A stretch of DNA of 63,312 nucleotides, counting the filler, from Bacteriovoracaceae bacterium (GTDB lineage: Bacteria; Bdellovibrionota; Bacteriovoracia; Bacteriovoracales; Bacteriovoracaceae), in assembly GCA_018649885.1 (NCBI GenBank). It is 3 parts of 3 records of this genome, joined end to end, with 100 filler letters (N's around TTAATTAATTAA, not from the genome) between each part and the next. Parts side by side here need not be neighbours in the genome. Positions count along the whole stretch, not along the records: positions 1 to 4,760 come from JABIHA010000054.1; positions 4,861 to 35,459 come from JABIHA010000097.1; 1 more part is not named here. One strand, given 5' to 3'. The notes beneath the pieces are model-generated. The model was not told the DNA's origin, searched no databases, and saw only the letters and a program-made list of their open reading frames with translations. Shown here piece after piece: positions 1 to 8,376 of the stretch (position 1 is the first letter of the stretch; each line of letters begins with the position of its first letter). The position numbers were made by a program, and so were the translations under genes.

Positions 1-76
1 GACTCGGACTCGGACTCTAGGTTGAAATATATATCAAATATTTTTGAATATAATTTATTACAACAAATCTACAAAT

Positions 77-868
77 CTACAAATCCGATTTCAATTCATT
101 GTGATGACGACATAAGAGCTGTAAATTCTCGATTTTTCCTCTTCCTCCGCGACTAACAGGTACAATATGATCAATCTCAAGCCCATAAGTACTACCGCAA
201 CCTGGATATTGACAAATATCTTCAGCATTTCGGATTACTTGTCGCCTAATCTTGGCGGAAATATATCTCGGATTATTGCTTTTTAGCGGTGTTGCTCTGT
301 GATAAACACGAACTTCTTTAGTTTCTGCAGATTTTTCAAGTGAATATAAAAAAAGCATTTCATCACTCATGCGCTTGGCCACATGCTTACCTTTATATTG
401 AATCCATTTTTGATAAGACTCCTCACTCATCTCAATAGATAGCATTCTCTTTTTTACTGGAAGTTCGAGTTTCCTTCTAATAATTTTTTCTGACTCGCTT
501 GATGATTTATTGCTGACTAATTCAAGAAGTTGGTTTTTGTCCCTAGTGCTTGTTTTCTTATGTGACTCTTGTTCCTTTTGATCAATCAGTCCATTCAAGG
601 TGCTGGCGGTTGTAAGGTTAATTGCACCTGATTCAATTTTTTCTACAACCTCTGGAATTTTTCGAACAAGCCTCAGGGCACTGATTCTTCTATAGCTAGC
701 TGACTCAGAGTAGCCAAGCTCTTTTACACAGTAGTCGAGAAGAGAGTTGTATCCCATGGTAGTAAAAACTTTTTCATCATTGATGATTTTTAGATGTTCT
801 AGAATAGAAACTAAAATTTTCCTTTCATTTTTGACAAGGACTTTTAATTTTTGATGGCTTTTGTGCAT
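77..868 (-). CDS. HNH endonuclease with DUF222-like N-terminal helical region
   Basis: C-terminal CQYPGC...EIDHIVPVSRGG...NLQLLCRHHN Zn-binding HNH motif. N-terminal 'ERKIL...GYNSLLDYCVKELGYSESASYRRI' fits the multicopy DUF222-HNH type. SD GGGAG at 878-882 (minus strand). Confidence 0.85.
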   Translation of the reverse strand: MHKSHQKLKVLVKNERKILVSILEHLKIINDEKVFTTMGYNSLLDYCVKELGYSESASYRRISALRLVRKIPEVVEKIESGAINLTTASTLNGLIDQKEQESHKKTSTRDKNQLLELVSNKSSSESEKIIRRKLELPVKKRMLSIEMSEESYQKWIQYKGKHVAKRMSDEMLFLYSLEKSAETKEVRVYHRATPLKSNNPRYISAKIRRQVIRNAEDICQYPGCGSTYGLEIDHIVPVSRGGRGKIENLQLLCRHHNELKSDL

Positions 869-1051
869 TGAAGTTCACTCCCTTATAAACAGATTGTTTA
901 TAACATATTTGGGAGGTGAGGGCATGAAAAAATTACAAAGTTTTTCTATTTTAAATAAGTGGGAAAAGTTGGTCAGAAGTATGTTTTTAAAAATAGAATT
1001 AGAATTGAAAATAAAAAGTAACTTATGATGTTTGTTAGTTATGATTAAAAG

Positions 1052-1402
1052 AAAGCGACACTGGCTAAACCTAAACCTAGGTCAATGTCCAAGTCAAGGT
1101 AGCTTGTTTGTTCAAATGATTTCTAAGAAGCGTTCTTTACATACCCTTGATACTTAGAAAATAAATTGCCATCGAATTAAATTGGTCATGATCAAAAAAG
1201 CGACACTGGCTAAACCTAAACCTAGGTCAATGTCCAAGTCAAGGTAGCTTGTTTGTTCAAAAGATTTCTAAGAAGCGTTCTTTACATACTCTTGATACTT
1301 AGAAAATAAATTGCCATCGAATTAAATTGGTCATGATCAAAAAAGCGACACTGGCTAAACCTAAAACTAGGTCAATATCCAAATCAAGGTAGCTTGTTTG
1401 TT
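1052..1402. repeat. 145-bp tandem repeat, about 2.4 near-identical copies
   Basis: GCGACACTGGCTAAACCTAAA begins at 1055, 1200 and 1345; there are no variable spacers. Confidence 0.95.
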
Positions 1403-1437
1403 GGATATTATTTCTATTAAAGGCCTTTTTCAGAACC

Positions 1438-3420
1438 CTATTTTTTTAGCTGACTTTCAATACAACTATTTCCAAAACAATTCACAGATGATCTAAGTCT
1501 GATCATGATCCAACGAACAACTTCATCAAAAGTATTTGAATAAATTCCCATTCTTGATTGATTGCCCGGTCTTCGAATCCAGTGGTAAGCACCTTGAGTT
1601 GTCTTAGAGATTAAAGTTTCAAGATCTTCTTCAATATTGCCAGCTCTGACTTCGAGAAAAATTCCTAGAATGATTTCGCTAATTTCAATATCAAGGTGTT
1701 TAACATATTGACCACCTTTTCTAGTTTCATCGTAGAGATCGCGGTAGCCTTTTAAAATTGCGGTTAGTCCAGTGTCGTTAACATTATTGACTGCAAAGGG
1801 AAGGAAGGCCCCGTTGAATAGTTCTTGGATTCTCCATGGTGGTGCTGTTTTTACGTTGAGGCGATCGAGTTTTCCGCTAAAAAACTTCTTCATACCAGAA
1901 ACAGAGTCAAACTCTGCCCACATTGGTGTGCGGGGGGCAGGAAGCTCAAAGGGTTTGGTCACAAAGTTTCTGCTGAGTATATCGTGCTGGCAAGTAAGCA
2001 TATTTTTATAATCATCTTCAGTACGTGCAGTTTCTTGGTAGTAATACTTCATGCAATTTTTAGCATAGAGTCTTCCTAAGGGACTAAAAGTAGAAAAGAG
2101 TCTTAATTTCATTGTTTGCTTTTTTACCCCCCAAAGCTTAGGAAGAAAGGCCTGTAGAAATTGATGAAGGTTTTGTGGTTTGACTTCATGAATAGCTTGA
2201 AACATCTCGCGGGAAAGGTTTAACTTTAAAATCGTATAAACAATATGAGCTACTACTCCCTCTTTACTATAAAGAGTATCGGTATTGTCTTCTACCTGCC
2301 ATGATTCAACATTTGAATAATCATAGAGGCTAAGGGCCAGCGAAGTGCCGTAGTGGTGAGAGAGATTGTTGAAATCTCCCTTTAGAACGTAATGGTTTTC
2401 TCTAATGGCCTTCTGCCTACTTAGTTTTAAAAGGTCAGTGCTAAACGCAGATATATTTTTTAATACCTTTAGTGTTGTTTTAATTGTACGAGGAAGAGCT
2501 GCCAGAAGACCTTTTGGTTTCTGGATTGGCAGCTTGAGTGCCGGATATTCACTTATAGGCCTTGGGTCTATTTGAAGTATTCCATAATCTTGAGCTTGGT
2601 CGAGACTATTTTGAAATGAGGCCATAAGCTCATCCATTTCAGGAGTAGAGTCCAAGGTTTTTTGATCGAGGCTTGTTTCTCCTAAAAATGCTTCAAAACC
2701 TTCAGCAAAACCCTCAATCCAGGCAAGAGTCGGATCTGTTGTACTTGAAACCATGTGCCAGTCTTTACTGTGGAGGTTTGGATAGATTGATTTTTCAAAA
2801 TCTTCCGCTCCGTATAGATCTTGCATCAGATTATGCGCTAGTTCGTGGGCGACAACTATATCAAAATATCCACCTGATCTTAAGTCTTCCTTCTTAAGTG
2901 CTTTGAAGGGAAGGCCTCTAAAGTTTCCAGGCTCTATTAATAATGCATTTTCATAAATTCTTCCGTTTAGATCAAACTTTGTAGAGTCTAAGAATACGGG
3001 ACCTAATCCAAATATTTTTTTCTTACCCATATAAATAAGAGTTGGAGAGCATAATTTGTTTTGGTCCCAACCGCTTATTTTTCTGGCTTCGATACGCATA
3101 TTGCTCATTTGTTGAAGCACAGGTGAATCTTCTAGAGGGCTGATTAGCCTATCATAGTCAATTGAGAAGTCTTTTTGTACTTTTAATACAGGAAGTTTTG
3201 TATTTATAGATTCATTTTTTTTAATCTGTGCATATGATCGTAGTATTTGGCAATGGGTGCGATCAATAGCATCATTGCACTTAATCTTTTGTTTTGATTG
3301 GTAGAGTTGTGGTTTGATTGCTAGGAAACGAATTCTTTGGCATGCTCTTTTTGCGAAGGTGTTGTGACTAAGAAGTACAAGTAGTAGACAAGTGATTGTA
3401 TTTTTCAAACAAATCCCCAT
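1438..3420 (-). CDS. Secreted putative zinc metalloprotease (gluzincin-like)
   Basis: Signal peptide; VVAHELAH followed by WIEGFAE (HExxH...E). Confidence 0.6.
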   Translation of the reverse strand: MGICLKNTITCLLLVLLSHNTFAKRACQRIRFLAIKPQLYQSKQKIKCNDAIDRTHCQILRSYAQIKKNESINTKLPVLKVQKDFSIDYDRLISPLEDSPVLQQMSNMRIEARKISGWDQNKLCSPTLIYMGKKKIFGLGPVFLDSTKFDLNGRIYENALLIEPGNFRGLPFKALKKEDLRSGGYFDIVVAHELAHNLMQDLYGAEDFEKSIYPNLHSKDWHMVSSTTDPTLAWIEGFAEGFEAFLGETSLDQKTLDSTPEMDELMASFQNSLDQAQDYGILQIDPRPISEYPALKLPIQKPKGLLAALPRTIKTTLKVLKNISAFSTDLLKLSRQKAIRENHYVLKGDFNNLSHHYGTSLALSLYDYSNVESWQVEDNTDTLYSKEGVVAHIVYTILKLNLSREMFQAIHEVKPQNLHQFLQAFLPKLWGVKKQTMKLRLFSTFSPLGRLYAKNCMKYYYQETARTEDDYKNMLTCQHDILSRNFVTKPFELPAPRTPMWAEFDSVSGMKKFFSGKLDRLNVKTAPPWRIQELFNGAFLPFAVNNVNDTGLTAILKGYRDLYDETRKGGQYVKHLDIEISEIILGIFLEVRAGNIEEDLETLISKTTQGAYHWIRRPGNQSRMGIYSNTFDEVVRWIMIRLRSSVNCFGNSCIESQLKK

Positions 3421-3670
3421 GAAAAAAATTACACTAAATCATGTTGATGTTTTTTATACTGAGCACATTAAGCTAGCGCAGTAACCTGGATTTTTTTGAG
3501 CCAGATTTAGAAATATCAACACGATCTAATTTCATAAGGTATCTAAACAAAAAAGTTTTGAAAGAGAAAATGGAAATTTAATTTTAATGCTTATTTAAAA
3601 TAACGGTAAAAAGTATAGTGCAATAATTTTAGAGATCTTCTTTGAAAATTAATTTCTTATTAAGATGCTC

Positions 3671-4492
3671 CTATAGATTTGATATGCAAGTAGTGAGCGT
3701 TGAAAAACGGGCAAGCGGAAGAGATCTTCCCCTTTGATAAACGGCGTACCCATATCCATCCCAGTTACAAACAAGTCCTCTTCTGGCACCAGAAATAGTT
3801 TGGTTGCAGTAGCTTAGAGTTTTAAATCCAAAGTTTTCTTTTCCAATGTAGCTTCCGTCTTTATAGTGTGGTTGATAGTTGAATCCATTCCACTGACAGG
3901 CAAAACCATATTTGGCAGAAGTGGTGGCACTTGTACAGCTTGCTAGCGTTGCAAAACCAAAGTCGAGTTTTCCAATATGGTTTCCGGCCCTAGAGTGAGG
4001 CTGATAGTTTTTTCCATTCCACTGGCAAATGATTCCAGATCTTCCTTTTTCAAGAGTCGAAAGACAGGTATTTAAATGTAGCCATCCATAATCTAGCTTT
4101 CCAATATGGCGATTCAACCTTTGATTGTAGGGTTGATAGTTCTTTCCATTCCACTGGCAAACAACTCCCATACGAGAGCCCTTTCTTGTTTGTTCGCACA
4201 TACTAAAACTCACAAAACCAAATCTGTGTTTTCCAATAAAAGTTCTGTTTGCAATATTGTAAGGCTGGTAGTTACTTCCATTGAAGCTGCAAAAAAGTTC
4301 ATGCGAAGTATCTCTATTTCGACTGGAGCTCAAAAAATTTAATGCCTGTGCTATAGAACTAAGTCCTACTTCCTGAGTAGTCGAATATTCACTAAGCCTA
4401 ATAGTGTCAGAGGCATTAGGATTATGGCCTAAGTTATTTGCATAAACGGCGTGTGTGATAAGTAAGCAAATAGTAATGGCGATCTTTTTCAT
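3671..4492 (-). CDS. Secreted Cys-containing repeat protein (5 x ~43 aa)
   Basis: Signal peptide MKKIAITICLLITHAVYA; repeat unit C-Q-W-N-G-x-N-Y-Q-P...IGK..[FY]G[FW]..L..C. Confidence 0.8.
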   Translation of the reverse strand: MKKIAITICLLITHAVYANNLGHNPNASDTIRLSEYSTTQEVGLSSIAQALNFLSSSRNRDTSHELFCSFNGSNYQPYNIANRTFIGKHRFGFVSFSMCEQTRKGSRMGVVCQWNGKNYQPYNQRLNRHIGKLDYGWLHLNTCLSTLEKGRSGIICQWNGKNYQPHSRAGNHIGKLDFGFATLASCTSATTSAKYGFACQWNGFNYQPHYKDGSYIGKENFGFKTLSYCNQTISGARRGLVCNWDGYGYAVYQRGRSLPLARFSTLTTCISNL

Positions 4493-4542
4493 CCGTGTCT
4501 CCTATAAATTTGGTGATGTGAAAATGTTAGATATATAAACGG

Positions 4543-4557
4543 GCAAAGGCAATGCCA
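4543..4557 (-). promoter_or_regulatory. Putative sigma54 (-24/-12) promoter for 3671-4492
   Basis: Minus strand TGGCATTGCCTTTGC = GG-N10-GC, about 50 bp upstream of the ATG. Confidence 0.6.
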
Positions 4558-4620
4558 TGACAGACGATGTGATGAAAAAACTGCGCGATGCTCTGAAACG
4601 CTTAAGAGTTTTTAATGGCT

Positions 4621-4760
4621 TATGAATCAAAGTGGTTAGTGGATTTTTAAAGGCCTATGAATCAAAGTGGTTAGTGGATTTTTAAAGGCCTATGAATCAA
4701 AGTGGTTAGTGGATTTTTAAAGGCCTATGAATCAAAGTGGTTAGTAGATTTTTAATGGCC
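4621..4760. repeat. 35-bp tandem repeat, at least 4 copies, runs into contig end
   Basis: TATGAATCAAAGTGGTTAGTGGATTTTTAAAGGCC at 4621, 4656, 4691 and 4726 (last copy slightly varied). Confidence 0.95.
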
Positions 4761-4860
4761 NNNNNNNNNNNNNNNNNNNNNNNNNNNNNNNNNNNNNNNN
4801 NNNNTTAATTAATTAANNNNNNNNNNNNNNNNNNNNNNNNNNNNNNNNNNNNNNNNNNNN
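4761..4860. other. Artificial contig-join spacer
   Basis: N-run containing TTAATTAATTAA (stops in all six frames) at 4805-4816. Confidence 0.97.
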
Positions 4861-5148
4861 GGACGGTTCGGTTTAGTAGGCTTACTTGGACGATTTGGTC
4901 TGTTAGGACGGTTCGGTTTAGTAGGCTTACTTGGACGATTTGGTCTGTTAGGACGGTTCGGTTTAGTAGGCTTACTTGGACGATTTGGTCTGTTAGGACG
5001 GTTCGGTTTAGTTGGCTTGCTTGGACGATTTGGTCTGTTAGGACGATTCGGCTTGTTAGGACGATTCGGCTTGCTAGGACGATTCGGCTTGTTAGGACGA
5101 TTCGGCTTGTTAGGACGATTCGGCTTGTTAGGACGATTCGGCTTATTG
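4861..5148. repeat. Coding tandem repeats: 4 x 45 bp followed by 6 x 18 bp
   Basis: GGACGGTTCGGTTTAGTAGGCTTACTTGGACGATTTGGTCTGTTA x4 (4861-5040); GGACGATTCGGCTTGTTA x6 (5041-5148). Confidence 0.9.
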
Positions 5149-7043
5149 CCAGGTCTTCTATTAGGGTTTACACATCTTCTGCGATTTGCATTCCACCTAT
5201 GTCCAGCAGGACATGAGTTGCTAACATGCTTACTCTTGTCAGACTTACATTTCCCTTTAGATGAATTCCAGTGAGATCCTCTTGGACAAATTCTATTATT
5301 GCCTCGTCTTCCCGGCTTTCTATCACCTCTTCTTCTACATCTTTGGTCTCTAACACTCCAAGACCAACCAGCTGCACAGGTCTTGCCATGTCTGCCACTC
5401 GGAACACATTTTAGTCTATTGTGTGACCACTTGTAACCTGCACTACAGCTTCTTCTGCCATCATGCTGCTTTCTTACACATGTTCTATAATTTTTTGACC
5501 ATCTGTAACCAGCTCTACAACTTCGGTTTGGTTTGTGATGAGGCTTTCTGTGGGAAACACAACGTCTGTCTCTATTTGACCAACGTCTACCAGCTCCACA
5601 AGCTCTGTGGCCTACTTTTCTTACACATCTGTTGTGATTGTAGCTCCACTTGAATCCACCACGACAACTATAACGTCTTGATTCACAAGATCTTGTGTAG
5701 GGATCCCAGTATCTACCGGCTCCACAATTTCTTCTGGTGCGTTTACATTTGCCATAACTTGAATCGTAGTAGTATCCAGCAGAACAGGATCTATGATTTG
5801 ATACACAACGGCCTTTTCTATAAGAGTAGTGAGAGCCATATCCACAAGATTTTGGACCAACCCATTCACAAGTTTTACTCCACCAATTGTATTTTTGTCC
5901 ATAGCTACATGTATAAGGAAGTCTTACACATTTGTTGTAGTAGGCATCATACTCATAATTGAGAGGACATCTGTAATATCCATCTTTAACACATTTGTAG
6001 AGAAAGTGATCATAGTAGTAACCGATTCTACATGAGACTTCATCAGGAGTTGAGTAGCTCTGACAAGAATCAGTATCATAGTCATAGTAAGTTCCTGTTC
6101 CACAAACAGTACCTCTGTTTTGAACACAGTAGCCAAGAGTTGAATCGTAGTAATATCCTACGTCACAAAGATACGTATCATAGTCATCTTGGTCGTCTTC
6201 TTCCTCTTCTTCTTTCTCAGGAATTTCTCTGACACCAACTTCAAGCTGAATTTGCTTAAAGATAAGTATAGAGTCTTCTTCAAAAGAATCGAGTTTTACA
6301 TTTTTTGATGCCTGAACAACAAAAATATATACACCTTCAGTTTCAGTTGTTCCCGATACAACAAGTGATTTAGTACCGTCTTCTTCAACAACTTCAATCC
6401 CTTCAGGAACTTCACCATCAAAAAATGTCAAAGCGATATCTTTTGTTGGCCTTTCGGCGTCAAGTTTAATTTTAGTTTCGTAGTATTCGCCAGTAATGGC
6501 CTTAGGAAGATAGTTGTCTACATCAATAGATGGAGTGTCGCTATCGTCTTCCGCTATAGTTGAGTAAAGACAGACTCTTTCACTAACTTCAAGGTCCCAC
6601 TCGAAGGATTCATCTGCTTCATCTTCATCATCTTCATCAGGTAGTTCTGCAGCAGCTTGTGCTACTAATTCAAAACACCATTTATCTTGAAAGCTAGAAG
6701 CGCCAAAAAGAAGAACAGACTGCTCCTGGGTCGTTTCAAGTTCAAGCCCTGCTGGTTTGTCTAGGTCATAAATAGACCATTTTACTTTAAGGGCCTCGTC
6801 AGCACCTTCAAGGAAAAACTCTACTTCTTTGTACTCACCAAAAGTCATTTCGGAGTCGTCAGTGTTGTAGTCAATCCGCGCTTTGTCTTCTTTGTAAACT
6901 TCTGTTGGCACGTCCTCAGCGATGATGTCTCCAGCTATGGCCGTTAACCCTTTCCAAGTATACTCACCATTAGTAAGTCCTAGAACAAGTAACCATAAGA
7001 TGGAGAGCCGAGTGGCGTTTTTAAGCTTTTTAGATAAATTCAC
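4861..7043 (-). CDS. Secreted Cys-repeat protein with acidic N-terminal half and Pro/Arg/Lys tail (3' truncated by gap)
   Basis: Probable GTG start at 7043 behind a GGAGG SD; signal-like segment; acidic beta-rich (possibly Ig-like) region; 15 C-x12-C repeats; NKPNRP/NRPSKPTKP repeats running to the contig end. Confidence 0.8.
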
Positions 7044-7337
7044 TAGCTCCTCCCTTAAAGAAATAAAGTTGTTTATCCCCAATTGTCGATTGGCAGTCTA
7101 AAAATCCGTACTGGAATTTAAGATCATATTTTTTGATTTAAATTTATTGGTAAAATTTTGTAAACACTGGACTGTTCCAACACGCTAATTTCAGGTAAAT
7201 GTAAGAAAATATTTTGATTTCCGGTGTCAAAGTGGTCACGAATGCACACAATTGTGGAAAAAAATTCACCAAAAATTAAGAAAGTAGGCTTTTTGGCAAG
7301 CTAGGATTGTGATCTAATTAAAGGTTTTAAAGTGATT

Positions 7338-7901
7338 TTAGTACTCAGGTACTGAGTAAACATCTATGTGAGGATTGTATTTTTCTCTTAATATATGTTT
7401 GATCGCCTCAAGAGTTCCAAATTGTGAGCTGGGACAACCGCCACAAGCACCAAGGTATTTTATAATAAGAACATTGTCCTCATAACTTATACATTGAAGA
7501 TCTCCGCCATCTGCTTGAAGCGCAGACCTAATGGCCCCATCTAATATGCCTTCAATTTCTTGAAGCTCAGGAGTTAATGCTTCTCTTCTTTCTAACTGCT
7601 TATCTGGGTCCATGTATTCGGGGTCATGAAAGTCGATGAGGTTATTGATGACATCAATGACACCCTTTTCAATAAGCTCCCAGTCTTCATAACCAAATTT
7701 AGTGATAGTAATTACGTTTTGAAATAAGTGGACTTGGTCAATTCCTCTAACAGAAAAGAGTTCGTTGGCAAGAGGGACGTGCTCACAGGCAACAGGAGTT
7801 TTGTAACTCGACTTGCCGCTATTTTTCACATTTCTTGTTAATATAAACTTCAAGGCATTTGGATTGGGGGTTACCTGAAGTGTTACACCTACATCGCCCA
7901 T
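7338..7901 (-). CDS. nfuA: NifU/Nfu-family Fe-S carrier (Nfu_N plus NifU C-terminal domain)
   Basis: TPNPNALKF at the N-terminus; DGGD and GACGGCPSS motifs. Confidence 0.85.
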   Translation of the reverse strand: MGDVGVTLQVTPNPNALKFILTRNVKNSGKSSYKTPVACEHVPLANELFSVRGIDQVHLFQNVITITKFGYEDWELIEKGVIDVINNLIDFHDPEYMDPDKQLERREALTPELQEIEGILDGAIRSALQADGGDLQCISYEDNVLIIKYLGACGGCPSSQFGTLEAIKHILREKYNPHIDVYSVPEY

Positions 7902-7908
7902 TTTTTCA

Positions 7909-8376
7909 CTACTCCGTTTTTATAATTCCCGCCTCACCATCTAAGGCTGCGGCCATTGTGTGCCAGCTCAGAGTTGCACACTTTACTCTTGCAGGATATT
8001 TCCAGATTCCGCTAAAAATTTGCAATTTTCCTAGACTATTTTCATCATTTTCGGGGTCAAGCTTTCCAGTCAAAAGTTTGTGAAAATCTTTGTAGAGATC
8101 TTTGACCTCTTGAACAGGCCGGCCCTTTATGGCCTGGGTCATCATACTGGCCGAGGCCTTGGAGATAGCACAGCCCTCTCCAATGAAGCCGACATCTTCA
8201 ACTGTCGCCTTATCGTCTGATAACTTAATATAAATGTGAAGGTGATCACCACAAACAGGATTAAAACCCTCTTGTTTGTGAGTGTGCCCTTCAATTTTTT
8301 TAAAATTCTTGGGATTCTTATTGTGATCTAAAATAACGCTCTGATAGAGCTCTTTCATATTCTCATTTGTTGTCAT
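7909..8376 (-). CDS. sufU: SUF-system NifU-like sulfur transfer protein SufU
   Basis: LYQSVILDH, NPVCGD, GCAISKASAS, RVKCATL. Confidence 0.92.
   Translation of the reverse strand: MTTNENMKELYQSVILDHNKNPKNFKKIEGHTHKQEGFNPVCGDHLHIYIKLSDDKATVEDVGFIGEGCAISKASASMMTQAIKGRPVQEVKDLYKDFHKLLTGKLDPENDENSLGKLQIFSGIWKYPARVKCATLSWHTMAAALDGEAGIIKTE

Noticed and set aside
1052..1402. 145-bp repeats as a CRISPR-like repeat-spacer array guiding the HNH
   Set aside because: The copies are near-identical along their whole length, so no variable guide segment is visible.
4621..4760. 35-bp repeats as a CRISPR array
   Set aside because: The units are head to tail with no spacers, and there is no cas gene in the window.
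4805..4816. TTAATTAATTAA palindrome (also at 35504-35515)
   Set aside because: It is an identical six-frame-stop linker inside N-runs and therefore an assembly artefact; ORFs ending in it (4809, 35504) have false ends.
5017..5274. ORF with LLGRFG repeats
   Set aside because: It is the antisense shadow of the NKPNRP coding repeat.
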